Of a DNA stretch of 64,000 nt, positions 62,131-64,000 are shown one piece after another. The translations under genes and the position numbers were made by a program. The stretch comes from Octopus sinensis (Eukaryota). A model generated the notes under the pieces. It saw nothing but the letters and a program-made list of their open reading frames with translations, did no database searches and had not been told where the DNA came from. Position 1 is the first letter of the stretch; every line of letters begins with the position of its first letter. The DNA is taken from contig NW_021833294.1 in assembly GCF_006345805.1 (NCBI RefSeq), positions 12,352 through 76,351 on the forward strand, written 5' to 3'.

Positions 62131-64000
62131 AACTTTCCCAGGTGAAGAATGTACCCCACAACATAGACTGGTAGTTAGTGACTTTAGGATCAGGACTAAG
62201 AGGACGACCACAAGACGACCAACATGGAGAAGAAGGATCTGGAAGCTTAAAGATCCTACAAATGGACAGAGATTTAGAGACATATTACTTGAAGCCTTTG
62301 ACGAAATAGAAGGGGATATAGCTACACATGGGGCAGAAGACAACTGGAGGTCTCTAAGGGACAACCTGCTGAGAGCCACTGACCAGATCTGTGGTTGGTG
62401 CAAAGTCCCCTCAAGACCCAAAATAACGTGGTGGTGGAACAATATAGTTGACAGGGCTCTTAGACAAAAGAAACAGGCTTGGAAGCACTGGAAGAATGGT
62501 GGTAGCAGGGAATTGTATCAGACTGCAAGAAGGGAAGCTAGGAGGCAGGTGTATTTAGCCAGAGTGGAAGCAGATAAGAAAAAATTTAACAATGTTCTGA
62601 GCCATGAGGAAGAAAGACTTGAGGTATTTCGTGTTGCAAGACAGAGTGTGAGAGAAAATCGTGATGTGGTAGGACAGAAATGTGTTCGCATGGATGATGG
62701 TTCACTTGCGCTAAATGAGGATGCAAAGAGAGAGGTTTGGAGACACCACTATGAAAGGTTGCTGAATAAAGAAAATGAATGGGATAAAGAGAGTCTGTCG
62801 AATGTCGATCCAACAGAGGGACAAGCTATCCGAGTTGACAGTTCCTTGGTAGTTAAGGCAATTAGAAGCATGAAGACAGGGAAAGCCCCAGGCCCATCAG
62901 GAATTACTGCAGAGATGATTAAAATATCTGGCAGTGTCGGCTATAGCCCAGTCACCCATATAGTTAACCAGGTGATACACGAAGGAGTCATTCCCAATGA
63001 CTGGTGTAGCAGCATAATAGTCAACTGCTAAAAAGTTAAAGGTGACGCCCTATATACAAATAACAACAGGGGTATCAAGCTATTGGATCAGGTAATGAAG
63101 GTTACGGAGAGGGTCATAGCCCAACTAATTAGAGAGAGAGTTAGTTTAGATGAGATGCAGTCTGGGCTCGTGCCAGGGAAAAGTACTGCTGATGCTATAT
63201 TCCTGGTAAGACAGCTGCAGGAGAAATACCTAGCCAAAGATAAGCCCCTGTACCTGGCTTTTGTTGACATGGAGAAAGCCTTCAACATGGTACTCCGATC
63301 ACTTATCTGGTGGTCAATGAGGAAACTAGGGATAGATGAATTGTTAGTGAGAGCTGTGCGAGCCATGTACAGGGACGCTGCTAGTAAGGTGAGGGTTGGC
63401 AACGAGTACAGTGAAGAATTCCGGGTAGAGGTTGGGGTCCACCAAGGCTCAGTCCTCAGCCCCCTCCTATTTATCATAGTCCTCCAGGCAATAATGGAGA
63501 AATTCAAGACAGGATGCCCCTGGGAGCTCCTCTATGCTGGTGACCTTGCTCTAATTACTGAGTCACTATCAGAACTGGAGGAGAAGTTTCAGGTGTGGAA
63601 GCAAGGATTAGAATCAAAGGGCCTTAGAGTCAACCTAGCTAAACCAAAGTCCTAATAAGTAGGAAGGTAGACAAATCACAAACGCCTTCAGGCAGATGGC
63701 CCTCCTCGATCTGTAGAAAAGGCGTAGGTAGAAACTCTATAAGATGTACCAAGTGTAAGCTATGGACACATAAGAGGTGCAGCAATGTCAAAGGAAGGCT
63801 AACTAGGAAAATAGTTTTTGTATGTGGCAGATGCTCAAGTGCAATAAACACTGAAAATGTGCAGAGACCAACTTCCACCACATTCCAGGGAGAAAAACTA
63901 GAAATAGTTGATAGCTTCCATTACCTAGGTGACCAAGTCAGTAGCGGGGGTGGGTGTGCTAAAAATGTAACTGCTAGAGTAAGAATAGCCTGGGCAAAGT
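62131..64000 (+). mobile_element. Young RTE LINE fragment running off the window end
   Basis: ORFs 62087-63031 and 63083-63655 (RT; catalytic YADD mutated to YAGD); starts right after (AT)n. Confidence 0.93.

Overview
Repeat-saturated, AT- and microsatellite-rich animal DNA. A cephalopod (octopus-like) source is inferred from the repeat landscape, not from any marker gene. I recognise no host protein-coding, rRNA or true tRNA gene and no CRISPR array. The window is a nested mosaic of transposon remains: many RTE-clade LINE copies (one family with a (GAT)n tail and a PHD-type finger inside the RT, plus a BovB-like family), a CR1-type LINE, a HERO-like restriction-like-endonuclease LINE, a Tx1/L1-like fragment, two Penelope-like (GIY-YIG) elements, decayed autonomous and non-autonomous Helitrons, mariner/Tc1 relics and a MITE, and tRNA-derived SINEs. 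Most interesting signals: (1) a type I hammerhead-like fold at 62031-62081 (-) with a swapped G3-C8 core pair, an extra core nucleotide and a palindromic stem III, inside a perfect 30-bp inverted repeat; (2) a second, AT-rich hammerhead-bearing repeat family; (3) a 218-bp circularly permuted duplication that fits re-integration of a small DNA circle; (4) an exact Helitron CTAG|TC tail-to-head junction; (5) several fold-back palindromes. Coordinates were read by eye and element ends may be off by tens of bases.
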